64,000 nucleotides of DNA from Flavobacteriales bacterium (GTDB lineage Bacteria; Bacteroidota; Bacteroidia; Flavobacteriales_F; PHOS-HE28): NCBI GenBank assembly GCA_039931265.1, contig JBDTSG010000147.1, positions 85,451 through 149,450 on the forward strand, written 5' to 3'. The position numbers and the translations under genes were made by a program. The notes under the pieces were generated by a model that made no database searches, was not told where the DNA came from, and saw nothing but the letters and a program-made list of their open reading frames with translations. This document shows positions 29,656-39,941 of this stretch, in pieces; the first letter of the stretch is position 1, and each line of letters starts with the position of its first letter.

Positions 29656-30753
29656 ATGACACTCATCACCGCGAAGCCCTCCACCGACATGGCCGTGATC
29701 GGCCGCATGGTGGAACACGACCACGAGGAAGTGCTCTTCTGCTACGACAAACCCACCGGGCTTCGCGCCATCATCGCCATACACGACACCACGCTGGGTC
29801 CTTCATTGGGCGGTACCCGCATGTGGTCATACGCCAGCGAACAAGAAGCCCTGACCGATGTACTGCGCTTGAGCCGCGGCATGACGTACAAGAGCGCATT
29901 GGCCGGGCTTGACCTCGGCGGTGGAAAGGCGGTGATCATAGGAGACGCACGCACGCAGAAAAGCGAAGCGCTTTTCCGTCGCTTCGGGCAATTCGTCGAC
30001 AGTCTTAATGGGCGGTACATCACTGCGGAAGATGTCGGCATCACAACGGCCGACATCCAGAACGTGCGCAAGAGCACCAAACACGCCGCAGGACTTCCTG
30101 AAGCCGATGGCGGAAGCGGCGATCCAAGCCCGGTAACGGCCTATGGCGTTTTCATGGGCATGAAGGCCGCCGCAAAACAAGCCTATGGTTCCGACGATCT
30201 CAGCGGCCGCAAGGTGGCCGTGCAAGGTGCCGGACACGTCGGTGAGAACCTCGTCGCGTTGCTTGTTGAAGAAGGCGCGAAGGTTTTCCTCACCGATATC
30301 CATCCGGAGAAATTGGAGGCTATTGCCGCAAAGCACCCGGTCACATTGGTCGCGCCCGAGGCCATCTACGACGTCGACATGGACATTTACAGTCCATGTG
30401 CGCTGGGCGCCACGGTGAACGACGACACCTTGGGCCGATTGAAATGCTCCGTGATCGCGGGCGCCGCGAACAACCAGCTCGCCAGCGAACAAGTGCACGG
30501 CGAGGCTGTCATGAAGAAGGGCATCCTTTACGCACCCGACTTCCTGATCAATGCCGGCGGCATCATCAACTGTTTCAGCGAATTGCACGGATACGACCGA
30601 AAGAAGGCGCTGGAGCAAACACGGGGTATCTACGATACGGCATTGGCTTGTTTCAAGCGCAGCGCAGCCGAGAACATCCCCACGTACAAGGCGGCCAATG
30701 AGCAGGCCGAACAACGCATCAGTGAAGCACGCCGTGCCGGCAAACGCTTCTGA
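29656..30753 (+). CDS. Leucine (Leu/Val/Phe) dehydrogenase, Glu/Leu/Phe/Val dehydrogenase family
   Basis: AIIAIHDTTLGPSLGGTRMW, the catalytic-Lys block LGGGKAVI, and the Rossmann motif VQGAGHVG. Confidence 0.85.
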   Translation: MTLITAKPSTDMAVIGRMVEHDHEEVLFCYDKPTGLRAIIAIHDTTLGPSLGGTRMWSYASEQEALTDVLRLSRGMTYKSALAGLDLGGGKAVIIGDARTQKSEALFRRFGQFVDSLNGRYITAEDVGITTADIQNVRKSTKHAAGLPEADGGSGDPSPVTAYGVFMGMKAAAKQAYGSDDLSGRKVAVQGAGHVGENLVALLVEEGAKVFLTDIHPEKLEAIAAKHPVTLVAPEAIYDVDMDIYSPCALGATVNDDTLGRLKCSVIAGAANNQLASEQVHGEAVMKKGILYAPDFLINAGGIINCFSELHGYDRKKALEQTRGIYDTALACFKRSAAENIPTYKAANEQAEQRISEARRAGKRF

Positions 30754-30761
30754 ACCCCACC

Positions 30762-31712
30762 ATGCTCAACCGCCGCTATCTGCGCATCAAGGTCTACCAC
30801 ACGCTCTACAGCTTCCACCAGAGCGATGATGTAAGTGCGGCCAAACTGGAGAAGGAGCTTTTCCTGAGCATCGAGCGCACGTTCGATCTCTATGTTTCCC
30901 TGCTCCTGCTTTTCGGCGAACTGCGCGACCAGGCCGAAAGCCATATCGCCGAGCGCAGGCTGAAGCGTCTGCCAACAGCAGAGAACCTCAATCCGAACCG
31001 CAGGTTCGTGGACGGTGCGATCCTCACCGCCTTGGCCAGCAGCAAGCAAGTGCAGAAGGAAGCCGAGCAGCGCAAAGTGAATTGGATGGGCCAGAACGAA
31101 TGGCTCACCAAACTGTTCCGCGAAGTGGAGGCCAGCGAACTCTACCTCGCGTACATGACAGCGCCGGAAACCGGGTTCGCACAGGAGCGTGCCTTCCTGG
31201 TCGAATTGTTCTCCGAGCATATCGCCAATAGCGAGGGCCTGCACGACATGCTGGAAGGAAGGACCATCCATTGGATGGAGGACCTGGATCTGGCTTGCAC
31301 GCTTCTGCAGCGGCGTTTGGGATCGTTGCGCGAGGCCGATATCGCCAGCGATCGCGTGGGAGAGTTGGAGCGCATGGACAAGGACGAAGAGGAATTCGTC
31401 CGCACGCTGTTCCGGCGGACCATCGAGTTGGGTCCTGAACACGAGAAGCTCATCAGCGACAAGGCGAGCAATTGGGAAACCGAGCGTATCGCCGTTACGG
31501 ATATGCTGCTCATGAAAATGGCCCTTACCGAAGTGTGCGAACTGAGTGAGATACCGGTGAAGGTGACCTTGAACGAGTACATCGAGATCGCAAAAGCGTA
31601 CAGCACACCGAAGAGCAAGAATTTCATCAACGGGATCCTGGATGCGCTCTTCATCGAGATGAAGAAAGATGGACGTATCGTGAAAGTTGGCCGTGGGCTC
31701 ATCGAGAACTGA
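30762..31712 (+). CDS. nusB: Transcription antitermination factor NusB (long Bacteroidota form)
   Basis: The C-terminal NusB core (RIAVTDMLLMKMALTE...VTLNEYIEIAKAYSTPKSKNFINGILD) follows an N-terminal extension. Confidence 0.8.
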   Translation: MLNRRYLRIKVYHTLYSFHQSDDVSAAKLEKELFLSIERTFDLYVSLLLLFGELRDQAESHIAERRLKRLPTAENLNPNRRFVDGAILTALASSKQVQKEAEQRKVNWMGQNEWLTKLFREVEASELYLAYMTAPETGFAQERAFLVELFSEHIANSEGLHDMLEGRTIHWMEDLDLACTLLQRRLGSLREADIASDRVGELERMDKDEEEFVRTLFRRTIELGPEHEKLISDKASNWETERIAVTDMLLMKMALTEVCELSEIPVKVTLNEYIEIAKAYSTPKSKNFINGILDALFIEMKKDGRIVKVGRGLIEN

Positions 31713-31713
31713 A

Positions 31714-32241
31714 ATGGCAACATCAACCTACCAGCGGTCCGCTTCGGGCTCGGGCTTTCGATCGGGCGGCGTCGTTGTCGGAATGTCTTTGCTGGCACTC
31801 CTCCTTGCCCTCCCAACGGGATGCCGTATTACCGACCACAGCGACGAGGAGGGCGGTATCAACGCGAGCGATATCCATATCCCGGCCAGCGGTTACGATG
31901 GCAACGGCAACGAACAGCTGCCGCAGTTGACGTTCGATACGGACACCATTGATGCGGGGCGAATCGCCCAAGGCACCGTGATCAGCAGAACGTTCTCGTT
32001 CGCGAACAGCGGCGCCAGTGATCTCATCATAGCCGATGTGCGCAGCACTTGCGGGTGCACGGTGGGCAAGAACTGGCCCAAGCATCCGGTCAAACCCGGT
32101 GAGCGCGGCAGCATCGAGGTGAGCTTCGACAGCGAAGGCCGCAACGGCATCCAGAACAAGAGCGTCAGCATCGTTTCCAACGCCCATCCGAGCACGCACA
32201 TGCTCATCCTCCGTGCCGAAGTGATGGCACCGGGACAATAG
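31714..32241 (+). CDS. DUF1573 domain protein
   Basis: FANSGASDLIIADVRSTCGCTV is the DUF1573 signature. The ATG lies 2 nt after the nusB stop. Confidence 0.75.
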   Translation: MATSTYQRSASGSGFRSGGVVVGMSLLALLLALPTGCRITDHSDEEGGINASDIHIPASGYDGNGNEQLPQLTFDTDTIDAGRIAQGTVISRTFSFANSGASDLIIADVRSTCGCTVGKNWPKHPVKPGERGSIEVSFDSEGRNGIQNKSVSIVSNAHPSTHMLILRAEVMAPGQ

Positions 32242-32293
32242 CATTCAGCGAGACCACACTGCCCAACAACCAACAACGACCTCAGATCCTGCC

Positions 32294-32614
32294 ATGAACA
32301 TTTTCCTGCAAGCCGCGCCGGCATCCGAACCGAGCATGACCCCTACCATCATCATGATGGGCGCCTTGATGGTGGTCTTCTACTTCTTCATGATCCGTCC
32401 ACAGCAGAAGAAGAGCAAGGATGCGAAGAAGTTCCGCGAAGCCCTGCAAAAAGGCAGCCGCGTGGTGACCATCGGTGGCCTGCACGGCAAAGTGGTGGAA
32501 GTGGATGACAAGACCGTCCTGCTGGATGTGGATACCAACGTGAAGCTGCGTTTCGAGAAGAGCGCGATCGCGATGGACAACAGCATGCAGCTGACCGAAG
32601 AGAGCAAGAAGTAA
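32294..32614 (+). CDS. yajC: Preprotein translocase subunit YajC
   Basis: One TM segment followed by RPQQKKSKDAKKFREALQKGSRVVTIGGLHGKVVEV. Confidence 0.9.
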   Translation: MNIFLQAAPASEPSMTPTIIMMGALMVVFYFFMIRPQQKKSKDAKKFREALQKGSRVVTIGGLHGKVVEVDDKTVLLDVDTNVKLRFEKSAIAMDNSMQLTEESKK

Positions 32615-32671
32615 GCCTTTCAGGTTCCGTTCACCTGCTACCATGCCGCACCGATGCGATCAGGGCGACCG

Positions 32672-33262
32672 ATGAAAGTGGGCCTTACCGGTGGCATCGG
32701 CAGTGGAAAGAGTACCGTGTGCCGAGTGCTCCGGATACTCGGTGTGGAGGTTTTCGATGCCGATGAAGAAGCGCGAAAGCTGATGAACGACGATGCCGGA
32801 TCGCGCGCGGAAGTCATGGCGCGTTTCGGCCCCGGACTTTATTCCAGCGGACAACTGGACCGCAAGTCGTTGGCCGCAATGGTATTCGGTGACACTAAGT
32901 CCTTGGCCGACCTCAATGGTATTGTGCATCCTCATGTCCGATCGGCATTCGCAATTTGGGCTGACGACCGGAAGGCACACCCGTATGTCGTTATGGAGGC
33001 GGCGATACTCCTGGGTTCCCCGGGTGCAGCGCAGATGGACCGCATCGTGGCCGTCACCTGCCCTGCCGAAGAACGCCGGCGCCGCGTGATGTTGCGGGAT
33101 GGCTTGGATGCTGGCGAAGTAGCCGCGAGAATGAAGCACCAATTGAGCGATGAAGCCATGGCGCAAGGTGCCGACATGCACATCGTCAACGACGGCAACC
33201 ACTTGGTGATCCCACAGGTTCTTTCGTTGCACCAAAGTCTGCTGGAGCGATCAACGCAATGA
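32672..33262 (+). CDS. coaE: Dephospho-CoA kinase
   Basis: MKVGLTGGIGSGKST P-loop and the typical CoaE length and layout. Confidence 0.9.
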   Translation: MKVGLTGGIGSGKSTVCRVLRILGVEVFDADEEARKLMNDDAGSRAEVMARFGPGLYSSGQLDRKSLAAMVFGDTKSLADLNGIVHPHVRSAFAIWADDRKAHPYVVMEAAILLGSPGAAQMDRIVAVTCPAEERRRRVMLRDGLDAGEVAARMKHQLSDEAMAQGADMHIVNDGNHLVIPQVLSLHQSLLERSTQ

Positions 33263-33537
33263 AGGCCGAGCGGAACCTCCCCCTCTCATTGGTAACAATG
33301 ATCTTCGGGATCCTCTCCGTCCCATTGGCCTTCGCGCGGCACCTGGTTTCGTTGGCGCTGGTACTGGCACTGCTGACAATTCTTCTTGCGCTGTTCGGAA
33401 AGTGGCTTGCCGGGAAACGTGCTTACGGAGCGCTTGGGTTGAAGCGATCGCGCATCGGACTGCTTTGCGGGATGGTCGGCGCGGCGTGCTCCGTACTGAT
33501 GTGGTGGCTCTGGGCCAGCAACATCCTTTTGGAATAG
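33259..33537 (+). CDS. Small membrane protein (hypothetical)
   Basis: 92-aa ORF with three hydrophobic helices. Its start overlaps the coaE stop (ATGA). Confidence 0.5.
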   Translation: MKAERNLPLSLVTMIFGILSVPLAFARHLVSLALVLALLTILLALFGKWLAGKRAYGALGLKRSRIGLLCGMVGAACSVLMWWLWASNILLE

Positions 33538-33560
33538 CCCGGTCCTCGTCTGTTCACCGC

Positions 33561-34124
33561 TCAAGCGGTCATCCGCAGGGCCGGTGGTAAGGTTGCGGCC
33601 GCAATACGTTCCGTACCGAAACGTGCCAACAGATCAACGAACGCGGCTTTGCACGCCAAGGCATCGCCCAGCGCGCGGTGGTTGCCCTTCTGAGGCAGGC
33701 CGATATGACGGCACAGGCTATTGAGGTTGTGGAACTTGAGGTGCGGGAAAAACTGACGGCTCAATTGTTCAGTGCACAAGGTTTCGCGGTGGAACACCTG
33801 ACCACACTTTCCGAAGGCGCTGCTCAATGCCGTCAGGTCGAACCGCGCATTGTGGGCCACAACAACGGCACCGGTGGTCATGCGTTCCACAACATCGGCC
33901 ACTTGGGAGAAACGCGGAGCGGTTGAAACCATTGCCGGCGTGATGCCGGTGAGGGCGCTCACGAAGCGATCAATGGGACCTTGCGGGTGTACCAAGCTGC
34001 TCCATCGTTCCATTTCACGCTGCCCATCGGTAAGTACCACGGCCACCTCCATGATGCACGCGTGCCGGGGATCACCGAACGTGGTCTCCACGTCGACAAT
34101 GGCATATTGTGCAGCATTCCTCAT
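33561..34124 (-). CDS. DnaQ-like 3'-5' exonuclease domain protein
   Basis: Exo I block YAIVDVETT, Exo II block VVVAHNARFD, Exo III block HRALGDA. Confidence 0.8.
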   Translation of the reverse strand: MRNAAQYAIVDVETTFGDPRHACIMEVAVVLTDGQREMERWSSLVHPQGPIDRFVSALTGITPAMVSTAPRFSQVADVVERMTTGAVVVAHNARFDLTALSSAFGKCGQVFHRETLCTEQLSRQFFPHLKFHNLNSLCRHIGLPQKGNHRALGDALACKAAFVDLLARFGTERIAAATLPPALRMTA

Positions 34125-34234
34125 CCGGTCCGTCTCAACGTGCGGGTGGCGCGAAGGTTCCTCACCCCGGCATTACCTGCCCTTGCAAGAGCAATAAGGT
34201 TTTTTGGGACCGTGACCATACGCACCGGGCACGA

Positions 34235-34693
34235 ATGATGTTCCATTTGCGTGACGTTATGCACGCATACCGCCCCGGTTCGAAACCCACTTTACCCATG
34301 TTGATAGAAACCCGCCTCGCCACGATCGAAAAGGTCGGCGCTGAACTGCTGGAAGTCCGTTTCAAGCCCGATGTGCGCGTTGACCGTGCAGGTATTGACG
34401 AGATCCTGAACGAACGCAAGCGCATTTGCCCTGAAGGCCTGCGTAACATTCTTACCGTGATCCCGGGCGAACCCGACTTCGACCTCGATGTCCTGACCAC
34501 CGACCATTACGAAGGTCGGGGTTTGGAGAATTGTACGCGTGCGTTGGCTGTTGCTGCTGGCAGTTCGCTCAACGAGCACATGGCCGGGTTGTTCTTCGCG
34601 TATTTCCCGCAGGAGTTCAACGCGCGCGTATTCAACAGCGAGCAGGATGCCCGTAAGTGGCTTGATGCAGTAGGTAAGTCTTCCTTGTCCTGA
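34235..34693 (+). CDS. Hypothetical protein (possibly STAS-like fold)
   Basis: Coding-like composition. The start is uncertain (ATG at 34235, 34238, 34259 or 34298). I recognised no diagnostic motif. Confidence 0.4.
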   Translation: MMFHLRDVMHAYRPGSKPTLPMLIETRLATIEKVGAELLEVRFKPDVRVDRAGIDEILNERKRICPEGLRNILTVIPGEPDFDLDVLTTDHYEGRGLENCTRALAVAAGSSLNEHMAGLFFAYFPQEFNARVFNSEQDARKWLDAVGKSSLS

Positions 34694-34758
34694 TTCGCCG
34701 GTTGGCCCTCCCGCAGTGCCCGGCCGGATAACTTGCCGCCGCTTGCTTTGTCATTCGC

Positions 34759-35304
34759 ATGCGGCCCATCAACGCTTTCCTGCTCAAGCTGCTCGGCTGG
34801 ACCATCATCGACCTGCGGCCGGACAACCTCCGGCAGTATATCGTGGTGGTGGCACCGCATACCAGCAACTGGGATTTCTGGTTGGGCCTATTGGTGCGCA
34901 GCACGGCGCGCATGACCGATGTGAAGTACTTGGCCAAGAGGGAACTTTTCGCCTGGCCGATCGGCTGGTTCTTCCGCGCCGTGGGCGGCTATCCCGTGGA
35001 CCGCAGCAAGCACACCAACATGACCGAGGCCGTGGTTGATCTGTTCCACCGCAACCCGGACTTCAAGATCGCGATCACCCCCGAGGGCACCCGTAAATAC
35101 GTGCCTGAGTGGAAGACAGGCTTCCACCGGATCGCAGTGCAAGCGAAAGTCCCGATCATCCTTTGCTCTTTCGACTACGGCACGAGGACCGTGACCTTCT
35201 CCGGCGCCTTCCCACTGAGCGGCGATGTCGTTGCGGATATCGAAGCCATGAAAGTCTTCTTCAGGAAGGCCAAGGGACGCAACCCGGAGCATGGCGTGCG
35301 GTGA
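34759..35304 (+). CDS. Lysophospholipid (1-acyl-sn-glycerol-3-phosphate) acyltransferase family protein
   Basis: HxxxxD acyltransferase motif (HTSNWDF) and the ITPEGTR block. Confidence 0.8.
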   Translation: MRPINAFLLKLLGWTIIDLRPDNLRQYIVVVAPHTSNWDFWLGLLVRSTARMTDVKYLAKRELFAWPIGWFFRAVGGYPVDRSKHTNMTEAVVDLFHRNPDFKIAITPEGTRKYVPEWKTGFHRIAVQAKVPIILCSFDYGTRTVTFSGAFPLSGDVVADIEAMKVFFRKAKGRNPEHGVR

Positions 35305-35344
35305 ACGGCACGATGATCGAGATGAGCCCCGGTACTTTCCGACC

Positions 35345-35875
35345 ATGATCCGAACGACCTTCCTCACCATCGCCCTCGGATGCGCTGCCAGTGTGCTTCC
35401 GCAAGGCAGCTTGTTTCCAGAACTGAAAGGGGAAACCCCGAACGCAAAGCATATCAACTTGCCCAAGGATGCGAAAGGCAAGTACACCATTCTGTGCTTG
35501 GCCTACGACAAGAGCGCGAACGATCTGCTCACCGCGTGGTTTGAGCCTGCCTACCTGCGCTTCGTGATGCACCATGGGCTTTTTGCGGCCGATCACGACG
35601 TGAACATCTGGTTCGTGCCCATGTTCACGGGAATGAACAAGGCAGCTTACGGCCCTGTTATGAGAAAGGTGCAGAAGAGCGAGGCGCCAGACGTCCAAGA
35701 CCACATCTTGTTCTTCCAAGGAGACATCGACCTCTACGTCCGCGAGCTCGACATGGGCGACAAGTCGAAGCCGTACATCTTCCTCTTGGATGAAACCGGG
35801 CAGGTGATCCACCGCGAAAGCGGGGAGTTCACCGACGACAAGTTGGAAGCCCTCGAAGAAGCACTGCCTCAGTGA
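35345..35875 (+). CDS. Secreted hypothetical protein
   Basis: Signal peptide [16 protein letters not shown] and coding-like composition. No recognised motif. Confidence 0.45.
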   Translation: MIRTTFLTIALGCAASVLPQGSLFPELKGETPNAKHINLPKDAKGKYTILCLAYDKSANDLLTAWFEPAYLRFVMHHGLFAADHDVNIWFVPMFTGMNKAAYGPVMRKVQKSEAPDVQDHILFFQGDIDLYVRELDMGDKSKPYIFLLDETGQVIHRESGEFTDDKLEALEEALPQ

Positions 35876-35913
35876 AACCCGCCGGTATATTCGCCGCCCC
35901 GAACACAAGAACC

Positions 35914-36615
35914 ATGAACCTTTCACGTACAGCGCCTTTCGCAGCCCTACTTCCGCTGCTTTTCGCCACCTGCTCTTCCGCACCGGCCGGTGAAACCGCT
36001 ACGACCATTGAGCCCATGCACGCAGCCCCTTCACCACAAGAAACCCAACAACCCAAACCGACCATGACCCCAGGCGAAGGCCTTTTTGCAACGTTCACCA
36101 CCACCAAGGGCAAGATCGTGTGCCAACTCGAATTCGAGAAGACGCCAATGACCGTGGCCAACTTCGTGGGCCTTGCTGAAGGAAAAGTGACCAACACGGC
36201 AAAGGCAAGCGGCCAGCCTTACTATGATGGCATCGTGTTCCACCGTGTCATTCCAAACTTCATGATCCAATGCGGCGATCCGACCGGCACCGGTATGGGT
36301 GGCCCGGGCTACATGTTCCCCGACGAGTTCGAACCGACCCTGAAGCACACGGGTCCTGGCATCCTGAGCATGGCCAACACCGGCCAGCCCGTCTCCAATG
36401 GCAGCCAGTTCTTCATCACCCACGTCGCCACTCCTTGGCTCGATGGTAAACACAGCGTCTTCGGTCACGTTACCGAAGGGATGGACGTTGTGAACGCGAT
36501 CGTACAAGGCGATAAGATCGAGACCTTGCGGATCACGCGTGTTGGTAAGGCAGCTGAGGCGTTCGACGCCGTCAAGGTGCTCGCCAACTACAAAGACAAG
36601 TTCAAACAGCGCTAG
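35914..36615 (+). CDS. Cyclophilin-type peptidyl-prolyl isomerase (lipoprotein)
   Basis: [24 protein letters not shown]...[18 protein letters not shown]...LDGKHSVFG is the canonical cyclophilin core. The N-terminus is lipoprotein-like ([11 protein letters not shown]). Confidence 0.9.
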   Translation: MNLSRTAPFAALLPLLFATCSSAPAGETATTIEPMHAAPSPQETQQPKPTMTPGEGLFATFTTTKGKIVCQLEFEKTPMTVANFVGLAEGKVTNTAKASGQPYYDGIVFHRVIPNFMIQCGDPTGTGMGGPGYMFPDEFEPTLKHTGPGILSMANTGQPVSNGSQFFITHVATPWLDGKHSVFGHVTEGMDVVNAIVQGDKIETLRITRVGKAAEAFDAVKVLANYKDKFKQR

Positions 36616-37877
36616 TTCCGGTGACGGCCACCACCGCCTGAGCGCCCTCCACCGCTTCTACGAGGCCCTCCACTGTGGGGGCCTCGTCCGTTCTGGCCTG
36701 TGCTCTCGCGCCTGCTATCGGGCCGATAGTCGGGCCCGCGAGAGAATCCTTCAGGCAGTGGCAGCTTCGCTACCTCGTATCCGATCAGTTTCTCGATGCG
36801 CCCGAATTCACGCATCTCCTTCTCATTGATGAACGTGACGGCCTGCCCTTTCCGGGCAGCGCGTGCAGTGCGGCCTACGCGGTGCACGTAATCCTCTGGA
36901 TCGCGAGGCACGTCGTAGTTCACCACGAGGTCGATGTCATCAATGTCGATCCCACGGCTCACCACGTTGGTGGCAACCAGTATCCGCAACTTCCGGTTCC
37001 GGAAAGCAAGCATCACTTCCTCCCGTTCGTTCTGTTCCAGATCGCTGTGCATGCCTTGCGCGTTGAATCCTCTCCGCGCCAAGTGGCGCGCCAAATTCCG
37101 CACCTCGACCTTCTTACCGGCGAAAACGATGATGCTTGTGGCCTCATTGGTCCGCAGGATGTGCTCCAGGATATCGGCCTTCTGCGCATCGTAGATCACG
37201 TACGCCTCCTGCTTCACTCCTTCGGCAGGTTTGCTCAACGCAATGGAGATCTCCACCGGTTCGTGGAGCACCACACGGGCCAACTCGCGGATCTCGGGGG
37301 CCATGGTGGCGCTGAACATGAGCGTTTGCCGCTCCTTGGGCAGGAACCCGATGATCCGTTTGATGTCATCGATGAAACCCATGTCGAACATCCGGTCGGC
37401 CTCATCCAGCACCAAAAATTCCAAACCTTGGGTGGGCACGTATCCAAGGTTGAGGTGGCTGAGCAGTTTTCCGGGCGTAGCAACGATCACCTCAGTACCG
37501 CTGGTGAGCGCGAGCTTCTGTTGGTCGAACGAAGCCCCATCGCTCCCCCCGTAGACCGGCACGGAAGTGATGGGCATGAAGTAGGCGATGGCCTGCAATT
37601 GCTGGTCGATCTGCAAAGCCAGTTCCCGTGTGGGCACCACGATCAGCGCGCGTATGCTCTTGGGGTCGCGGGGGGCGTAGGCCGTGATCACATCGATGAT
37701 CGGCAACAGGAAAGCAGCGGTCTTACCCGTGCCTGTTTGAGCGCAAGCGATCAGATCGCGGCCGTCGATCACTGCGGGAATGGCTTGTTGCTGGATGGGC
37801 GTGGGTTTACGGATGCCCATGGCCGTTATGCCCTCGATCAGATCGTGGTGCAGGCCGAGTGTGCTGAAATCGTCCAA
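36612..37877 (-). CDS. DEAD-box ATP-dependent RNA helicase (RhlE-like) with Arg/Gly-rich tail
   Basis: Q motif, [24 protein letters not shown]; C-terminal tail [15 protein letters not shown]. Confidence 0.93.
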   Translation of the reverse strand: MDDFSTLGLHHDLIEGITAMGIRKPTPIQQQAIPAVIDGRDLIACAQTGTGKTAAFLLPIIDVITAYAPRDPKSIRALIVVPTRELALQIDQQLQAIAYFMPITSVPVYGGSDGASFDQQKLALTSGTEVIVATPGKLLSHLNLGYVPTQGLEFLVLDEADRMFDMGFIDDIKRIIGFLPKERQTLMFSATMAPEIRELARVVLHEPVEISIALSKPAEGVKQEAYVIYDAQKADILEHILRTNEATSIIVFAGKKVEVRNLARHLARRGFNAQGMHSDLEQNEREEVMLAFRNRKLRILVATNVVSRGIDIDDIDLVVNYDVPRDPEDYVHRVGRTARAARKGQAVTFINEKEMREFGRIEKLIGYEVAKLPLPEGFSRGPDYRPDSRRESTGQNGRGPHSGGPRRSGGGRSGGGGRHRN

Positions 37878-37942
37878 TCTGTTGATGCTCTTGAAAAACG
37901 CGGCCGAAGATAGGCGGGCGGAACAAGGCCCCCGGCCGGGTC

Positions 37943-39862
37943 TCAGGAAGCAGCGCGCAATGCCTGCTGTGCTTCGTTGCGGAAGGTCAGCACCATGGTG
38001 GTTTCCTCACCGCGCATCAACTGGATGTTGCCGCCCATTTGGTTGGACAGGATCCGGACCAATTCCAACCCGAAGGAGGTGCCGTTGAAGAAGTGATCAC
38101 TGGCCGGGCCGGGACCATTGTCGTTGTAACGCATTTCGTACTTGCCGTCCACTTCGCGAAGAGCAATGGTAATGACACCCGGCACCCTGCCCGGGAAAGC
38201 GTGCTTCACCGAGTTCGTTATCAGCTCATTCACCACGAGTCCCAACGGCGTGAGCGTATCAATGGGGAACCGGTCGGAAGGCACACGCAGATTCAAGGAA
38301 AGGCGGTCCTTCACACCGTAGCTCTCGAAGATCCCATCGGCGATCGCCTTCAACTGTTCGGATACGTTGACGTTGCGCACATCACCGGTGCGGTAAAGCA
38401 GTTCGTGCACGCTGGCGATGGAGCGGATGCGGCCTTGGCACTCGGCCAGCAGCTGTTCCACCTTCGGATCGCCCATGTGGACGCCCTGCACCCGCAGCAG
38501 CGCGTTCACGATCTGCAGGTTGTTCTTCACACGGTGGTGTATCTCGCGCAGCATCATGTCCTTTTCCTCTTCACTGACGAGTGTTTCCGCAAGTCGGAGG
38601 TTCTGTTGCTGGAGGTCCAGGTTCTGCTTGGTGATCTCCTGCGCCTGTTCATGGATCAGAATGTTGCGCAAACGTGCCCTGTGTGCAACACGGCGGTTCC
38701 GCTTCAATTGAAGGGCCAATATGACCAGGACCGCAAGCAGCACGATCGACATGATGAGCAACCAAGTACTGCGCGCCTCTGCGGCGCGGATCGTGATCTC
38801 ATTCGCCTGGTTCCTATCGTTCAGCAATGCGTTCTCCGCGTCCTTGGCGCGCAAGTCGTAGAGCCCGCTGAGGCCGGCCATACGATCGGCGATACGTTCG
38901 TTCATCAGCGAATCCTTCAATGCGGCGTGCTGTCGTTGGTATTCCAGGGCACCGCGCAGATCACCAAGACCTTCCAGGACCTTGCTACGCAGCGACAGGA
39001 TCTGCGGCGTGCGCGAAACCACGGCCCCGCTGCTGTACAGATGCACGGCATTGTCCAAGTGGGCCTGCGCTTCCAGAAAACGACCGAGCCCACAATAAGC
39101 TTCGGACAGAACGGTTTCCACCCGCGCGAGATCGGAAGCCGGAACCCGTCCAGCGATAACGCGCATGGCGTGATGCAGGAGCGGCAGGGCATCAGCGAAA
39201 CGGCCTTGTGCTACCAGTGCTTCGGCGCTGCGCACTTGCACATTGCACCTGCCAACAGTATCATCCTTGCTTTCGAAGTAGTTCAGCGCCTCCTCGCCAT
39301 GGCGGATCACTTCGTCGAAGCGACCAGCCTTCACCAATGCGTTCATTACTTCCAGAATAGCCTTGCTGATCGCACTGCTGTCGCCCGTGGTCTTCAACAG
39401 CACTAGCGCACGCTTGCTCATGTCCACTGCACTGTTGAACTCGCCCATACGATCGTATGCCAAGGACAACCAGTTCAGATCGGCCGCAATGGCCCGGGCG
39501 TCGCCCATGTGCTGACCGACCTCCGATGCCTTCATGGCCGTGTGCAATAGATCATCGTAAGCGGCCAATCGGAAGTAAATGCTGCATTGCTCGGCATAAA
39601 CCGCGTGCAGCAACGGGAGATCCTTCGCTTGTTCCGCGAACACCAAGGCCGACCGCGTATGCACCAGGCTTTCGGTGGGGCGGTCCGCTCGGAACCGCGC
39701 TGCCAGTTGCAACAATGCCCGTGCGCGCTCCGCCGATCCAGCGCTTCCTTGCAAGACCATGTGCAGACTGTCCTCACCGCGCGATGCTTGCACGCCCGTG
39801 CCGCACAGCGTGCTGAAAACGAGCGCCGGCAGTATGGAGAAAAGGAGGGCCTTTGGGGACAT
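37943..39862 (-). CDS. Sensor histidine kinase with TPR-like repeats, one TM segment and a HisKA_2/HATPase core
   Basis: Signal peptide MSPKALLFSILPALVFS, repeated TPR-like helices, a TM segment (WLLIMSIVLLAVLVILAL), the H-box EIHHRVKNNLQ, and the ATPase blocks NELITNSVKHAF and DNGPG. The track ORF's first 157 codons are antisense to rarA. Confidence 0.8.
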   Translation of the reverse strand: MSPKALLFSILPALVFSTLCGTGVQASRGEDSLHMVLQGSAGSAERARALLQLAARFRADRPTESLVHTRSALVFAEQAKDLPLLHAVYAEQCSIYFRLAAYDDLLHTAMKASEVGQHMGDARAIAADLNWLSLAYDRMGEFNSAVDMSKRALVLLKTTGDSSAISKAILEVMNALVKAGRFDEVIRHGEEALNYFESKDDTVGRCNVQVRSAEALVAQGRFADALPLLHHAMRVIAGRVPASDLARVETVLSEAYCGLGRFLEAQAHLDNAVHLYSSGAVVSRTPQILSLRSKVLEGLGDLRGALEYQRQHAALKDSLMNERIADRMAGLSGLYDLRAKDAENALLNDRNQANEITIRAAEARSTWLLIMSIVLLAVLVILALQLKRNRRVAHRARLRNILIHEQAQEITKQNLDLQQQNLRLAETLVSEEEKDMMLREIHHRVKNNLQIVNALLRVQGVHMGDPKVEQLLAECQGRIRSIASVHELLYRTGDVRNVNVSEQLKAIADGIFESYGVKDRLSLNLRVPSDRFPIDTLTPLGLVVNELITNSVKHAFPGRVPGVITIALREVDGKYEMRYNDNGPGPASDHFFNGTSFGLELVRILSNQMGGNIQLMRGEETTMVLTFRNEAQQALRAAS

Positions 39863-39941
39863 TGGCGCCTTGCTACGCACCAACGTGCCCCACAGTTGCA
39901 CGGCCACCAGCACTGGCCCGAGCGTACGTTCCTTTGCGCTC

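Noticed and set aside
36675-39406. 412-aa and 455-aa plus-strand ORFs
   Set aside because: They lie antisense to the DEAD-box helicase and histidine kinase genes, both of which carry complete motif sets.
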